The notes under the pieces: model-generated
What the model was told of the DNA's origin: nothing
Database searches by the model: none
Seen by the model: only the letters and a program-made list of their open reading frames with translations
Translations under genes and position numbers: made by a program
In this document: piece after piece, positions 63,867 through 64,000 of the stretch
Layout: each line of letters opens with the position of its first letter
Position numbering within the stretch: position 1 is the stretch's first letter
Assembly (NCBI GenBank): GCA_965215195.1
Contig: CBDCDC010000002.1
Span: 2,240,001 to 2,304,000 of the forward strand
Length of the DNA stretch: 64,000 bases
Reading direction: 5' to 3'
Source: Candidatus Latescibacterota bacterium
Lineage (GTDB): Bacteria > Latescibacterota > UBA2968 > UBA8231

Positions 63867-64000
63867 GTGAACGAAATCGAAACCTTTGCATTCGACCGAG
63901 AGGGCTACATCGTCATTGAGAAGCTGCTGAACGAGACCCAAGTGGCCGCGCTGGCCGAGGCCGTGGATGAGCTGGAGGAACACGCACTCGCGCACGTGGC
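63867..64000 (+). CDS. Probable PhyH family dioxygenase, 3' truncated by window edge
   Basis: SD GAGGAG, GTG start, MNEIETFAFDREGYIVIEKLLNETQVAAL typical PhyH N-terminus. Confidence 0.7.
   Translation, partial: MNEIETFAFDREGYIVIEKLLNETQVAALAEAVDELEEHALAHV

Overview
Bacterial chromosomal window, mostly GC-rich with several visibly lower-GC accessory patches. The gene content (five PhyH-family dioxygenases, many toxin-antitoxin modules and remnants, TPR protein, DUF5916-type outer-membrane protein) resembles uncultured host-associated or marine lineages; this is inference only. In order: a PhyH + carbohydrate ABC uptake operon; a tightly coupled four-gene island encoding a PAPS-reductase-like PP-loop/Cys-cluster enzyme, an SF2 helicase, a MORC-type GHKL ATPase and a PLD nuclease (best candidate for an undescribed modification/defence system); a heterodimeric ABC exporter; a ~24 kb minus-strand array of MacB/FtsX-type permeases, two ABC ATPases and an MFP subunit, with two near-identical sigma-54 promoter/IHF/enhancer modules and a nearby NtrC-type two-component system. 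Embedded in the array are an ECF sigma factor with a long C-terminal extension and a cassette with a glycosyltransferase-transglutaminase fusion, GT2 and TPR protein. Further right are an AAA/DUF4276 pair, aspS preceded by an apparent Asn/Asp leader-peptide attenuator, a cupin-glcB-SDR-PhyH operon and tRNA-Glu(CTC). A MITE family (TIR CTAAGTACACGACAC, 9-bp target duplications) and GTAG-type REP hairpins are scattered through the window. No CRISPR array, integrase or intact transposase was seen. All family calls come from motif recognition by eye, not database searches.
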